Below, in pieces: positions 32,100 to 44,153 of a stretch of 64,000 nt of DNA (the stretch's first letter is position 1; each line of letters starts with the position of its first letter). Source of the DNA: Octopus vulgaris. Lineage: Eukaryota. The notes below the pieces were generated by a model. That model was given only the letters and a program-made list of their open reading frames with translations. It was not told the origin of the DNA and did not search any database. The stretch spans positions 215,078,001 to 215,142,000 of the forward strand of contig OX597815.1 in assembly GCA_951406725.2 (NCBI GenBank). The letters run 5' to 3'. The translations under genes were made by a program, and so were the position numbers.

Positions 32100-32942
32100 G
32101 TAGGGGCTATTTTTCACTTCTATGAGAAACACTACGCTAGCTTACATTCTTTACAATAAATAGCTTGATTCTAATTGTCGACTTCTTTTTATCGATAAAT
32201 TAGCATTGATCCTTGCAAGACTAGAACTCTGAAAAGTTACAGGAATAAACGAACCTTAACTATCACGCGTGTGTGTGCGTGTGTGTGTGTGTGTTAGATA
32301 GCTATGCTTTACCTTATCTAACTTTACCATATAGTTATGTTTACGTTTATACATATGTAGCAGACTGTACATGAGTGTGTTGAACGCTTTAATACTTGTA
32401 CCAGTAAAACACGACACATACGTGCACTCGTGTGTATGCGTATGTTTGTGGAAGAGAGAGGTGTCTTTTCTCCGCTCTGTATCATTTCCAGCAGAATGAT
32501 ATCGATAAATATAATTCATTCTTTCAAAGTGAAAAGTTATTTACGCTGTTTTTCACTTTTGCCAATTATCAATCTGTATTGGAAATGTCTAGAGTGCGGC
32601 AAATTAGAAAGAATAGCTCTGCTATAACACTTTCTGCTTCGTGAGTAACAAAACCCATTTAAAGCGATGATCTAGTCAAGCTTAATGGCTGATATAATTT
32701 TAATGCAAGTATTTGTACCGCCTTCCGAAATAGATATGTTAGACTGAAAACAACTTGTATGTATTTGCATTTTCTTCCTGTGAACAAAAGAACTGCAGTT
32801 GTTTTGGGTACATTGCTGATAAGGCAGAAGTTCGAATTTACGTCTGGTTGTTCAGTCAAGTGAAATCTTGCGTTTCAGATCATCGTTTAACGTTTTGAGT
32901 TGCTTTGTGTCTGTGTGTGCGTTTATAAATATATACATATAC

Positions 32943-32999
<57 letters not shown>

Positions 33000-33000
<1 letters not shown>

Positions 33001-33726
33001 TAGCTTAAGGTGACCCGCTCTACGCGCGGGTGAGGTTGTTACTGTTGTTTCCTTTCTGTTTCTTATCGCCACATTCTCCCTCTTTGTTTCTCTCTCCTTT
33101 CTCATTTTCCCACTCTCTTACTCTTCCTTTCTCTCAGACTTCCCCTCACTTTCTCTTACTCTTTATCTTTCTCTCTATCTTTCTCTCTGCCCTTTATAAA
33201 AAAAATTTGATTTCCGCGTTTCAATTACGAATCCGCTTCCACTTTACCATGTTGAAACTTTTGATTGAAATCGGGCAAAAGGTGTCCGATCTAGACCACC
33301 AACTGTCCCCCAAAATCAATAAAATCCCAGTTTTCACACCAAAGCAACCACTGTAGTGCCACAAAATGTCTCCCAATCAATTTCCCTCCTCAAGTTACCC
33401 CCTCCTGTAAATTTGAATCCCCTTCCAGACCTATTTAGAGCCCTTTTTACATAAAAATCCAATCTGTGACTACGTTCGCCTTCTTCATTTTATAGATAGG
33501 ATTAGATGCCAATCGCGCCAATCCGGAGGTGCTTAGAGCCCCCTTGAATCTTCTCAGCATAGCAACCGCATCTTTCCAGATAGTGAGTTTGAACCTACTC
33601 AACTCATCACGCCTTCTACGCCTGTGTCAATTTTCAGCTCGATCTGACCAGTGGTGTGGCCGCCAACCTCTGACGTAGCAAAACGTGCACACAATTTTGA
33701 CCCAAAGCCTCTTTTATATATATAGA
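33000..33726 (-). mobile_element. Non-autonomous Helitron
   Basis: Minus strand starts A|TCTATATATATAAAAG and ends with a CCCGCGCGTAGAGCGGG hairpin followed by CTAG|T. Confidence 0.85.
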
Positions 33727-34243
33727 TAGCAGAGAAACTTGGTCTTGCTCGGGATTAAAAAAGTTTATCATTGTTTTATTTGTTTCGGTATTATAACTCA
33801 ATTTCATTCGGGTCTATGCGGGCCACACTTTAAAGATGATGAATTTTGCCCTAGAGGCCACACCTTTCAATTGAGCAAACTCAAAATTGCCATGCAAACT
33901 CGCCAGGACTTTTAACATAGGTGTGCAAATTTTCAACTGAATCCTACCATATTTACTAACACTTTTGCCTGTATAACTACTTGTGAGACAACGTCTGCCC
34001 TTTTCACAAATATGTAGTAGACCTACAGAGATACCCAACCTTACTTGGGATTAAAATGGCATAGCTTTTCATTGTTTTACTTGTTTGGTTAATATAAGCC
34101 GATTTCATTCGGGTGTAATCGGGCCACATTTTAAAAGATGAAGAATTTTGTCCTAGAGGTCACGCCTTTCATTTGAGGGGAAAAAATAGTTGCCGTGCAA
34201 ACTCACCAGCACTTTTAACATAGGTGTGCATATTTTCAGCTCA
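33727..34243 (-). repeat. Two tandem ~295-bp diverged units resembling Helitron 3' ends
   Basis: CAGAGA.AC..GGGATTAAAA...CTAGAGG.CAC.CCTTTCA..ACTTTTAACATAGGTGTGCA occurs at ~33730 and ~34026. Confidence 0.55.
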
Positions 34244-34266
34244 ACCGACCACATAATGCACACATA

Positions 34267-34350
<84 letters not shown>

Positions 34351-34412
34351 GCATTAAATATATATATATACGCATTAAATATATATATGTACATATATAC
34401 GCATTATATATA

Positions 34413-34450
<38 letters not shown>

Positions 34451-34644
34451 CATTATATATACAAATGTATACAAATTATATGTATATATATGTATAAGTA
34501 GTTGAATGAATTATCCTAGTATGGATAATTCGGTTAACCGATACCTGGGTAGCAAATTCACGTCAGAAAAACACGGTTGAAGCTACATGCCAAGGGCAGA
34601 GATCACGTGCTTTCGTGTGGAATTTTGTGTGTTTTTTAATACAA

Positions 34645-34983
34645 ATAAATGAAAGAATGGAGTTGAACGACGATTTAACAAAATTCCTTTATTCTCGACA
34701 TATGTTTCGAAGGCTGCATATTCCTAATTTCGAATGAATAAGGGGTGCATTATGCTGCCTTCTCACCAGGAGAGACAAGGAATTATGTCAGCATCAAGAT
34801 GAACAAAAATCTAAAAGTTTTTGTTCATCTTGATGCTGACATAAGTTCCTTGTCTCTCCTGATGAGAAGGCAGCATAATGCACCCCTTATTCATTCGAAA
34901 TTAGGAATATGCAGCCTTCGAAACATATGTCGAGAATAAAGGAATTTTGTTAAATCGTCGTTCAACTCCATTCTTTCATTTAT
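34645..34983. repeat. Near-perfect hairpin palindrome (165/166-bp arms, 8-nt loop); inverted Penelope-like terminal repeat
   Basis: Arms 34645-34809 and 34818-34983 are reverse complements with ~2 differences. Confidence 0.95.
34855..34935 (+). ncRNA. Type I hammerhead ribozyme motif
   Basis: Stem I TCTC/GAGA; core CTGATGA (34859-65); stem II GAAGGC.GCATA/TATGC.GCCTTC; GAAA; palindromic stem III ACATATGT; GTC cleavage triplet (34929-31); AATAAA directly downstream. Confidence 0.85.
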
Positions 34984-35149
34984 ATATATATATATATATA
35001 TATACAGATATATACACTTTGTATATATATACATTATATATACATATTTATATATAGATACAGACACACACACACATACATATATATAAATATATATAGG
35101 AGGAGGAAACAATATTTTTTTCCATGTTATTGATTCCTAACATTAGCAG

Positions 35150-36032
35150 AGGACTACAAGCTTTGGAGAGAGAGCACAATCGATTACTTGATTACTTGAT
35201 TGATAGTTATTCTATGTATACCGGAAGGATGAAAAGCAAAAAAAAGAAAAAATAATAATTGATCACGGCTTGATTTGAACTCGGTACATAAAGGGACACA
35301 ACTAATTCCTGCAAGATCTTTTTTTGTTTTTGTTTTTCGTTTTTTCTACTATAAGCACAAGGTCTGAAATTTTGTGGAGAGAGAGAGAGCTAAGTAGATT
35401 ACAGCGACCCCGATGTTCAACTGCGACTTATTTTATCGGTTCCGAAAGGGATGAAAAGCAAAGTCGACCTTGACAGAATTTGAACTCAGAACATAAAGCC
35501 GGAATTAATTCCACTGAGCATTTTATCCGGCATAGTAACAATTCTGTCAACTCGCAGCCTTTTTCGTATTATAGTAATAATCCTTTCTACAATTGACACA
35601 AAGCCTGAAATTCTGGGAAGTACAGTAATAACTCTTTTTTATTTTTGGCACAAAGCCAGCAAAAATTGAGTGGAGGGGCAAGTTGATTACATTGACCTCA
35701 GTGCTCAACTGGTAATTATTTTATCGATCCTGAAAGGATTAAAAGTGAAGTCGACTTGTTTGACCTGAGAACATAAATACGGACGAAATACCTATTTCTT
35801 TACTACCCACAAGGGGCTAAACACAGAGAGGACAAACAAGGACAGACAAACGGATTAAGTCGATTATATCGACCCCAGTGCGTAACTGGTACTTATTTAC
35901 TCGACCCCGAAAGGATGAAAGGCAAGGTCGATCTCGGCGGAATTTGAACTCAGAACTCAGAACGTAAAGACAGACGAAATACTGCTAAGCATTTCGCCCG
36001 GCGTACTAACGTTTCTGCCAGCTCACCGCCTT
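35150..36032 (-). mobile_element. Cluster of family B SINEs
   Basis: Repeated CGAAAGGATGAAAGGCAAAGTCGAC..GAATTTGAACTCAGAAC modules ending in the head GCCAGCTCACCGCCTT. Confidence 0.85.
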
Positions 36033-36035
36033 GTG

Positions 36036-36373
36036 CTGAGACCCCCCTTTTGTCATGATTGACTATGGGATTGCACCTAGAAAGTTATCCTCCCAGACAC
36101 AGGTTCGGGCAAGTTTGTTTTATGGAAGACCAGTAGTCGCCAATGAATACCGGCCTCCCCTCTTCACGCCACCAGTGTTATCCAAAGGAAAGGCAAAGGC
36201 CGATACAGCTTGGCACCAGTGACGAAGCAACTCATTTTTACAGCTGAGTGAACTGGAGCAACGTGAAATAAAGTGTCTTGCCCAAGAACACAACACGCAG
36301 CCCAGTCCGGGATTCGAAATCACTACCTCACGATCGTAAGCTCGACGCTCTAACCACTGAGCCATGCGCCTTC
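36036..36373 (-). mobile_element. tRNA-derived SINE (family C)
   Basis: Minus strand GGCGCATGGCTCAGTGGTTAGAGCG (A box) ...TTCGAATCCC (B box), then CTTGGGCAAGACACTT (CORE-like). Related copies at 43081 and 56533. Confidence 0.8.
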
Positions 36374-36445
36374 ACGCCGCCTTGTATTAGAAGAATAGTA
36401 AACCTTTCTTCTATAGACACAAAGGTGTGGAAGGGGATGTTCATT

Positions 36446-37060
36446 ACATCGACCCCTAATGCCCAATCGGTAATATATCGACTCCGAAAAGATGAAAGGC
36501 AAAGTCGACTTCAGCGGAATTTGAACTCAGAACTTAAAGACAGACGAACTGCCGCTAAGCACTTTGTCTGGCGCACTAACGATTCTGCCAATTGATTAGA
36601 TCGACGCCAGTACTCAACTGGTACTTATTTCATCGACCCCGAAAGGATGAAAAGCAAAGTCGACCTCGGCGGAATTTGAACTCAGAACGTAAAGACAGAC
36701 GAACTGCCGCTAAGCACTTTGTCTGGCGCACTAACGATTCTGCCAATTGATTAGATCGACGCCAGTACTCAACTGGTACTTATTTCATCGACCCCGAAAG
36801 GATGAAAAGCAAAGTCGACCTCGGCGGAATTTGAACTCAGAACTTAAAGACAGACGAACTGCCGCTAAGCACTTTGTCTGGCGCACTAACGATTCTGCCA
36901 ATTGATTAGATCGACGCCAGTACTCAACTGGTACTTATTTCATCGACCCCGAAAGGATGAAAGGCAAAGTCGACCTCGGCGGAATTTGAACTCAGAACGT
37001 AAAGACAGTCGAAATGTCGCTAAGCATTTTGCCCGGCGTCCTAACGATTCTCCCACCTTG
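36446..37060 (-). repeat. Tandem array of ~4 x 155-bp SINE-B-derived units
   Basis: TCGACGCCAGTACTC starts at 36601, 36756 and 36911 (period 155). Units are nearly identical. Confidence 0.92.
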
Positions 37061-37833
37061 TATTAAAGAACTAATCTTTTCTACTTTATGCCACAAGGCC
37101 TGTATTAGAGAGATAATAACAACTATTTTGTTTTGTTTGTTTGTTTTTTTGTAATATATTGTGAAGCAGAAATGGAATTTTTAATCGTTTTGGAAATTAT
37201 TTGGAAACCTTTCTTTAAAATGTTCTAATGTTACTGTTAGTGCAATGATTTCTTTTGGCTGACACCTATATAGAGAGAACCCTCCAACTTCTTCAATCCA
37301 AAGAGTGAATAACGAATTTATAGTAAGTTCTTTCGGGTTAGATCATATTCTCGACATAATCCGTTAAGAGTTTCTCACCAAACGAAAAAAAATAACAGTT
37401 TAGCGAAGTAAAATGTCAACAATGGCCAAAGGAAAGCGTTAGGGATATCACAATGTAAGGTATTGAATGTTGCGATAAATATCAAGATATAACAATATAC
37501 ACAAAACTGAATAAGAAAGAGGGAAAATTGCTGTGAAGTAGAGTTGGGGTCGTGTAAGAAACGTTTGGTTGTGAGTTAGTTTCATTGATTTTTTTCCCCC
37601 GACAGATGACTCAGCCTTCCTTGAATATGATGATATCCTGAAGCTAGATCTCTGTATTTTTCACTGATTGTTGATTTGGTATTTAATGAAAAATATAATG
37701 AAAGTTTCTTATAATGTTTTGCTACAAAAACAGAAAATTGACAAGCCTCAAAATAAGATAAACTTTTTTTCGCCTGGAAGATATCCTAATGCTACAGAAA
37801 TCTCCAGTGAACTGTGTCATTATGCCCCATCCC

Positions 37834-37873
<40 letters not shown>

Positions 37874-38784
37874 TTAGTCTTATGAACTGCATCTAATCCT
37901 TCCAACTAAAAAAAAAAAGTTTTGCGAACAAACACTATAAGCCTCATTATGTGCACTTAGGAACCAGAATTCAATTTTACTCCGATATTCAAACTATTTA
38001 AGCTTCCATTACTGGAAAGAGAAAAACCATCTCGTGTCTGCAGATTGAAAAGGAGTGGGTGTGTATAACCTGTCAAGGACAAATGCTGCCTGCGTTCTGA
38101 ATCGTCTTAAAAGTTCAACTAATCGGATTAACTGAAGTCAGTATTAGTTTGAAATAACTGACTCACTGTGTACCGTAACATGATTTATCTACCATTGCTT
38201 TACAAATATATACATGTGTATCGAAGCAACACTGGAAAATAGATATAAAATGAAACCAGCAGAAACAATAGCATAACATGATAACTGTAAAATAAAGGTT
38301 AAAGGATATATATAGAAGAAACAATACAGAGAATGAACTTTCGTTTTAAAAGAAATGTTAAGAATAAAAAGATTCTTGAATGAATGTAATTCTTTCATAT
38401 ATGTGTGTATTTGTGTATTTAGAAATAGATAAATGTATGAATGAAAATTTCTCGCTTAAAATGCTTTGTGCTATATAAATTTTCTGTAGAAGTGTTCGCT
38501 CAAAATAACGACTTTCCATTTGCAACAAAAACACGATTGTTAATCAGATTTTGTGTGAAATATGCGACAACTGTCCCAGTGAGTTTATCGTGAATACTGT
38601 TAAAGATGGCATTATCTCTTAGCCACAGAGTAGAAAAGTGAAAGGAGGTGAGCGAGTGGCTTATGATTTCTGAGTTCAATTCAGCTGCCAGCGTTTTACC
38701 GTTTCTGAATTGATTAACTTACTCTGCGTTGTCCCTCTTCGTCAAACGGATGTTGTATTAAATAGTAATAAAAAAAAAAAACAC

Positions 38785-39250
38785 TACAATCTTGCATATG
38801 TTTATTCTTTTGGGGATCATATCCAATCTTTGGGCGTATATCACATGGCCAATTTCTACGGAGAAATCCAACAGAATTTTACAGTAATCATTTTCTATAC
38901 CAGTTTCCGGTCGAGAGATTTTCCATCTATTTTAAATCCAAATATCCTGACAACCCAATTTTTCATTTTCTACTTTCTTCTTTCTTCATTTGTATTGGTT
39001 TTGTCCCATATTGCTTCAGGTACACACTATAAATTCGACAGTTTATTAGACACTTAATTTCTCGTTGGTTTCTGTCTAGTTTTGTTTTAATAAGATTCGT
39101 TCAATTACTAGTTCTTGCACAAGTTATGACCAAAGTTCAACTTATCTCCTGTCCTCCTCCATTTCAATTAAGCCCACTTTTTTCTCATCCAGCCTGACAA
39201 ACTGTCCATGAAAACTGTTCATATAACACCATTCTTTTTCCCAGCTGCTC
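38785..39250 (-). mobile_element. Highly degenerate R4/Dong-type RLE fragment
   Basis: Minus strand gives PETGIENDYCKILLDFSVEIGHVIYAQRLDMI, similar to PE.V.EN...ILWD.PI.TD..I.A.RPDIV, plus an HGQFVR-like piece. 5' end at (TTA)n. Confidence 0.55.
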
Positions 39251-39283
39251 ATTATTATTATTGTTATTATTATTATTATTATT

Positions 39284-40439
39284 GAGCGAGAGAGCAGTGC
39301 ATGCCATCAAAGTGACACTGGGGTAAAATATACAGAGCCCAGTATACCAATCATGACTACCCGTCTGATAAGGGTACACTAGGCACATGGGATCTTTTCC
39401 TTTTGAACGGCAGATAATTTCTAGTTAACTAAACACTTTAAAACTTCGTATACTGGTAGAATGTGTCAAAATAAAACATTTTTTTCTCTTGGCTTTCTTG
39501 AGAAAATTGTAATTTGTTTGTTTAACGTAGTTTAATTTTTCGAAATTTAACTAATCCTATGCTCTCTTTTGAGCAAAAATCATTTGCTGCGTCTAAAACT
39601 GAGACAACATTCTGTAACTAACCCTAAACCTCCCCCTAACCCTAACCCTAATTTTTTTTTTCTTAAATGTTAAATTAATTTAATTTTGTAAAAAAAACTA
39701 AAGCAATGGAATTAAATTAATTTAACAATTAAGAAAAAAATTAGGGTTAGGGTTAGGGGGAGGTTTAGGGTTAGTTACAGGATGTTGTCTCAGTTTTAGA
39801 CGCAGCAAATGATTTTAGTTGAATGGAGGTAATCGATTGGTTAAAATTGCCGAAATGCTCGGATTTTCAGACGAAATATCTTACAAACTATAGAATTTTC
39901 TCAATAAAACCAAGAGAAAATGATGTTTTATAAACACATTCTACCAGTATACGAAGTTTCAAAGTGTTTAGTTAACTAGAAATTGTGTTGACATCTGCCG
40001 TTCAAAAGGAAAAGATCCGGCAAATGCATCACAACCATGTGTGTGCGACATGGTAATCTCATATCAAGATAAACGGCACATGACCTTGCAGGTGGGGCTC
40101 AGGTAAAATTTTCTTCTGTTCGAGTAACCCATCCCGCTAAGGATGTTGAACCCATGTTTCCAGAGGTGAATTATTCAAACCCAAAGAATCCCTCTCAACA
40201 CATAGCTATGATGCTCCCCCACTATTTCTGCTCATGATCAGAGATGCACATATCGTCAGCCACTAAGGGACATGCTCAACTGGTTAAGGTCAAACAACTG
40301 ACAAGCAAATCTGTGGTATTGAGCAGAATATTTGCTGTAGACCATCTTTTATACCAAGACAAACCAATGTACATGATAACACTTCCAATCCGTTAAGATC
40401 AGTAGCCACGAGAGCCACTGCCTGGTACTGCATCAGGGC

Positions 40440-40441
<2 letters not shown>
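39284..40441. mobile_element. Unclassified interspersed repeat between (TTA)n tracts, host of the foldback MITE
   Basis: Non-AT-rich block bounded on both sides by (ATT)n. Contiguous once 39390-40026 is removed. Confidence 0.45.
39390..40018. mobile_element. 629-bp foldback MITE with 8-bp TSD and internal telomere-like CCCTAA/TTAGGG repeats
   Basis: TIR GGATCTTTTCCTTTTGAACGGCAGAT at both ends; arms complementary almost to the centre. TSD GGCACATG (39382-89) / GGCAAATG (40019-26). Confidence 0.92.
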
Positions 40442-40487
<46 letters not shown>

Positions 40488-40488
40488 C

Positions 40489-41140
40489 AAAGGCGGCGAG
40501 CTGGCAGAAACGTTAGCACGACGGGCGAAATGCGTAGCCGTATTTCGTCTGCCGTTACGTTCTGAGTTCAAATTCCGCCGAGGTCGACTTTGCCTTTCAT
40601 CCTTTCAGGGTCGATTAAATAAGTACCAGTTACGCACTGGGGTCGATATATTCGACTTAATCCGTTTGTCTGTCCTTGTTTGTCCTCTCTATGTTTAGCC
40701 CCTTGTGGGTAGTAAAGAAATAGGTATTTCGCCTGTCTTTATGTTCTGAGTTCAAATTCCGCCGAGATCGACTTTGCCTTTCATCCTTTCGGGGGTCGAT
40801 AAATTAAGTACCAGTTGCGTACTGGAGTCAATCTAATCGACTATCCTCCCCGCTTAAAAAAGTTTCAGGCCTTGTGCCTATAATAGAAAGAATTATTATT
40901 ATTATTATCAAAGACGGCAAGCTGGCAGAATCGTTAGCACGCCGGGGAAATTTCTTAGGCGGCATTTCGTCCGTCTTAACGTTCTGGTTTCAAATTTCAC
41001 CGTGGTCAACTTTGCCTTTGATCCTTCGGAATCGATAAAATAGTATCAGTTGAACACTGGAGTCGATATAATCGATTCATTCACCCACCCCACCCCACCC
41101 CACCCAAAAAATCGTTGTCCTTGTAGCAAAATTTGAAACC
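40489..41140 (+). mobile_element. Family B SINEs (dimeric copy plus second copy)
   Basis: Head AAGGCGGCGAGCTGGCAGAAACGTTAG (A box), GAGTTCAAATTCC (B box), central GCCTTTCATCCTTTC.GGGTCGAT.AA.TAAGTACCAG. Confidence 0.88.
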
Positions 41141-41779
41141 ATTATTATTATTATTATCAATCATTTGTTATGGCGATATACAAGGGAGATAGTGAGTGTC
41201 GGATGAAATTTCGTTACGGTTCCTTACGCTCGAAATCAAATCCCATCAGGGTTAATTTTGTTTTATCTTTCTAAGAACAATAAAATAAGTACCAGTTAAG
41301 TATTAAGTTAAGCCAATATTAAGTATTAACGGGTTCAGTAAATCGATTACACCCCGACCCAAATATCTATTCTCGTGCTTATGTTAGACATCATTTTTGT
41401 TTTCACAAATATGGGTGTAGATGAAATGATAGAAAACTTCGAAAGCAATTCATTTTGGCAATAATTTTCTTCCTTTGTATTTTGAATTTAAATCCCGCCA
41501 GGACTGACTTTGCGTTTCTTCCTCCAGATTCAATAAAACGTATATCAGGCATTTTCTGAGGTCGATTAAATTGATCGTTGCCCATATGACATTATATCTA
41601 AACTATACGTGTTCACGTGACGGTTTTACAAATTATAGAGAATTATTCATAAAAGTATCATAAAATATATACGATGTTCATTATAGTTTTATTATTGACA
41701 CAATAGTTTTCCTTTAATGTACATACATTTTTTTATTCAAAACAGAAATTGATTACTCCTCCAGAGATCCTGCCGAAAT

Positions 41780-43075
41780 AAATAAAGAACCTGTTGTTCA
41801 GTAAACAAAATAACGATAACTTCCAGAAGTTTCTTAAGTACAATATTTTTAGAATACAGTTCTTCTGAATTTATCAGTTTCATTGAACTCCATTGAATAA
41901 AATAAGAGCTTTGAGATTTTCCTTTATCCGAATTCATCTTAGAGCAACGTAAAGTTGATCACGACTGAAAATAGACTCTGGCAAATATATTCCCACTTTG
42001 TTGAATAACTGTCTTTGCGGTGTTCATGGTTATGATAAAGGAGCGTGGAAATGAAAACTGGCGTCTTTTTAGCTGGAATGGTAGTGTTGTTTCAGTAAAA
42101 GCCAGGTTTATATTGAATATGAAAGCTAAATCTCCTACTCAACATGATCATACAGCTCTCAAAGTATTAATCTCGCATCATTACGTAGACCTTTTGTGAG
42201 ATTTCAGTTGTGCAGCAACATAATAATGGAACTGGTTTTTAGAGGCGAACATAAGGAGGCATTACTGAAGACATCATTTATGAAGAAACTCCATTAGAAA
42301 ATTAGTTCTCAATTGATGTCATTTATGCTCTCCTTAAAATATTTGAAAAACGCCTTTATCTAATATGATAGCATTATTACTTGTGAAGTTAATACAATTT
42401 GGCTTGATACTTTGTCGATCGTTTGCAAGCTTCATCGAGCTACTGTACAGCTGTTCGCTACTTTAATGATGTCTTCACTGTCAATCAGTTTATTGGGTAT
42501 CAGTACCGCGTATTCGGGAAACCCTTCAACACTCTCGGTAGAACCATTATTACTTGCTGAACTCAATTTTCACGTTCCCATTCAACTACATCAGCTAGAT
42601 GTATCTCCATAGAAACGAGAATTGAATGTGTTATTCAGTGATAGTGTATCTGATCCTTTTGGTAATATATCACCTGTCTGGCGAAACTCTCCTCCGAGAA
42701 AAAGCGTTTTAATTCCGAATGATTTGCAATTGTTCATAATATCATTGAGGAAGTCACCGACGATACAAAGAGGACTGCAAAACAACATTGATGTCTCTTT
42801 AACAATGAGTTTCTCGTCATAAAGACGATTAGAATGATTCGGGACCTATCGTGCATCTTGCATCCCCGTAATCTCAACATTGACTGAGGAGTACTCACTC
42901 GCCTCGCATCAAAGAAGAGGAAAACTTCGTTACAATTAAGAACTTTTATGGGCATAGCTGCTTTGAAAATGCATCTGAATGCAGTTGTTGCTTGAATAAA
43001 TATTGCACTGCCTTAACAGAAGAGTAAATTTCCACGTTGATGTAACGGTTGAATTTTTACAGTGAGTATTTATCA
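41780..43075 (-). pseudogene. Degenerate autonomous Helitron Rep/Pif1-helicase remnant
   Basis: Minus-strand pieces: INVEIYSSVKAVQYLFK, DARRVSTPQSMLRL.G.KMHDRS, LFLGGEFRQ (GGDFRQ), IMLLHN*NLTKGLRN, LPFQLKRRQF and NKVGIYLPESIFSRDQLYVAL. Confidence 0.85.
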
Positions 43076-43080
43076 TATTG

Positions 43081-43322
43081 GAAACACGTGGCTTAGTGGT
43101 TAGGATGTTGGACTCTTGATCGTAAGATTGTGGTTTCGATTCCTGGACAGGCAACAAGTTGTGTTCTTGAGGAAAATACTTCATTTCACATTCTCCAGTC
43201 CACTCAGCTGGCAGAAATAAATAATCCTGCGACGGACCGGCGTCTCGTCCCAGTGGGGAATATATACGTCATGGAAGTCTGGGAACCGGCCCTATGAGTC
43301 CATATGACTCGGGAAGGAACAT
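43081..43322 (+). mobile_element. SINE family C copy
   Basis: GTGGCTTAGTGGTTAGG..GGTTTCGATTCC head and CTCCAGTCCACTCAGCTG. Confidence 0.7.
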
Positions 43323-43348
43323 TTTTTAAAATTATTATAAAATTCAGT

Positions 43349-43560
43349 TAAGGCGGCCGACTGACAGAATCGTTAACATGCTGGGCAAAATGCTTAGCGA
43401 CATTTCGTCTGTTTTTTACGTTCTGAGTTCAAATTCTGTCGGAGTCGCCTTGCGTTTCATCTTTTAGGAGTCGATAAAATAAGTACCAGTTGAACATTTG
43501 GATCGATGTAATGACCCCCTCCCTGAATTTACTGGTCTTGTGCCTACAGCAGAAAGGATT
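43349..43560 (+). mobile_element. SINE family B copy
   Basis: AAGGCGGCCGACTGACAGAATCGTTA..GTTCTGAGTTCAAATTC. Confidence 0.75.
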
Positions 43561-44070
43561 ACCCTGGTCAAGGTGTAGTTAATGTAGTTTTTAATGCTGA
43601 TTTTACATCACGTACAGTTTTAAAGATGAGAAAGTTTTTTTGGTTTTAGCTCATGCATTATATAGAAATTCCAATTATTGACGTGTATGCATGTATTTCA
43701 TTTACATCATGGAAACATACCTTTAAAATAAACTACGTTATTCAGTGCAGCATAGTTTAGATGCAATATTTCATCATCTTAAGTTAACCAATCAAGTTTT
43801 TGTCTGGTGAAATAGGTATTTCAACATCTCAAATTGCCTGACGAAATATTTCATCATCTTAAATTCAATATCAATATAACCGTTTGTGTTTATTTCCTTG
43901 CTTGTTAACAATGCCAGGACATTGTAGAAATCGTCCTGATATGTTTTATGTCGACAGCGGCGGCGGCGTGTGTATGTATATATGTGTGTTAGTATGTCTA
44001 AATGTATATGAGTGTTTTTGCGTTAGCATTTATGTTAATTACATTTGCTCCAGTCTAATGACTGAAACAA

Positions 44071-44146
<76 letters not shown>

Positions 44147-44153
<7 letters not shown>

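Noticed and set aside
36290-36373. tRNA-like sequence on the minus strand
   Set aside because: It is the head of a SINE continuing into a repeated body; the acceptor stem does not close.
36601-37060. Regularly spaced repeats suggesting a CRISPR array (also 48329-48452)
   Set aside because: No unique spacers, units repeat in full, eukaryotic context and no cas genes.
38189-38290. Minus-strand TTTTACAG...ATG|GTAGAT possible hydrophobic exon
   Set aside because: Isolated, weak donor site and no supporting neighbouring exons; cannot be supported without RNA data.
39618-39775. Interstitial telomere or chromosome fusion site
   Set aside because: Only a few hexamers, placed symmetrically inside a TSD-bounded MITE and oriented CCCTAA then TTAGGG, opposite to a fusion signature.
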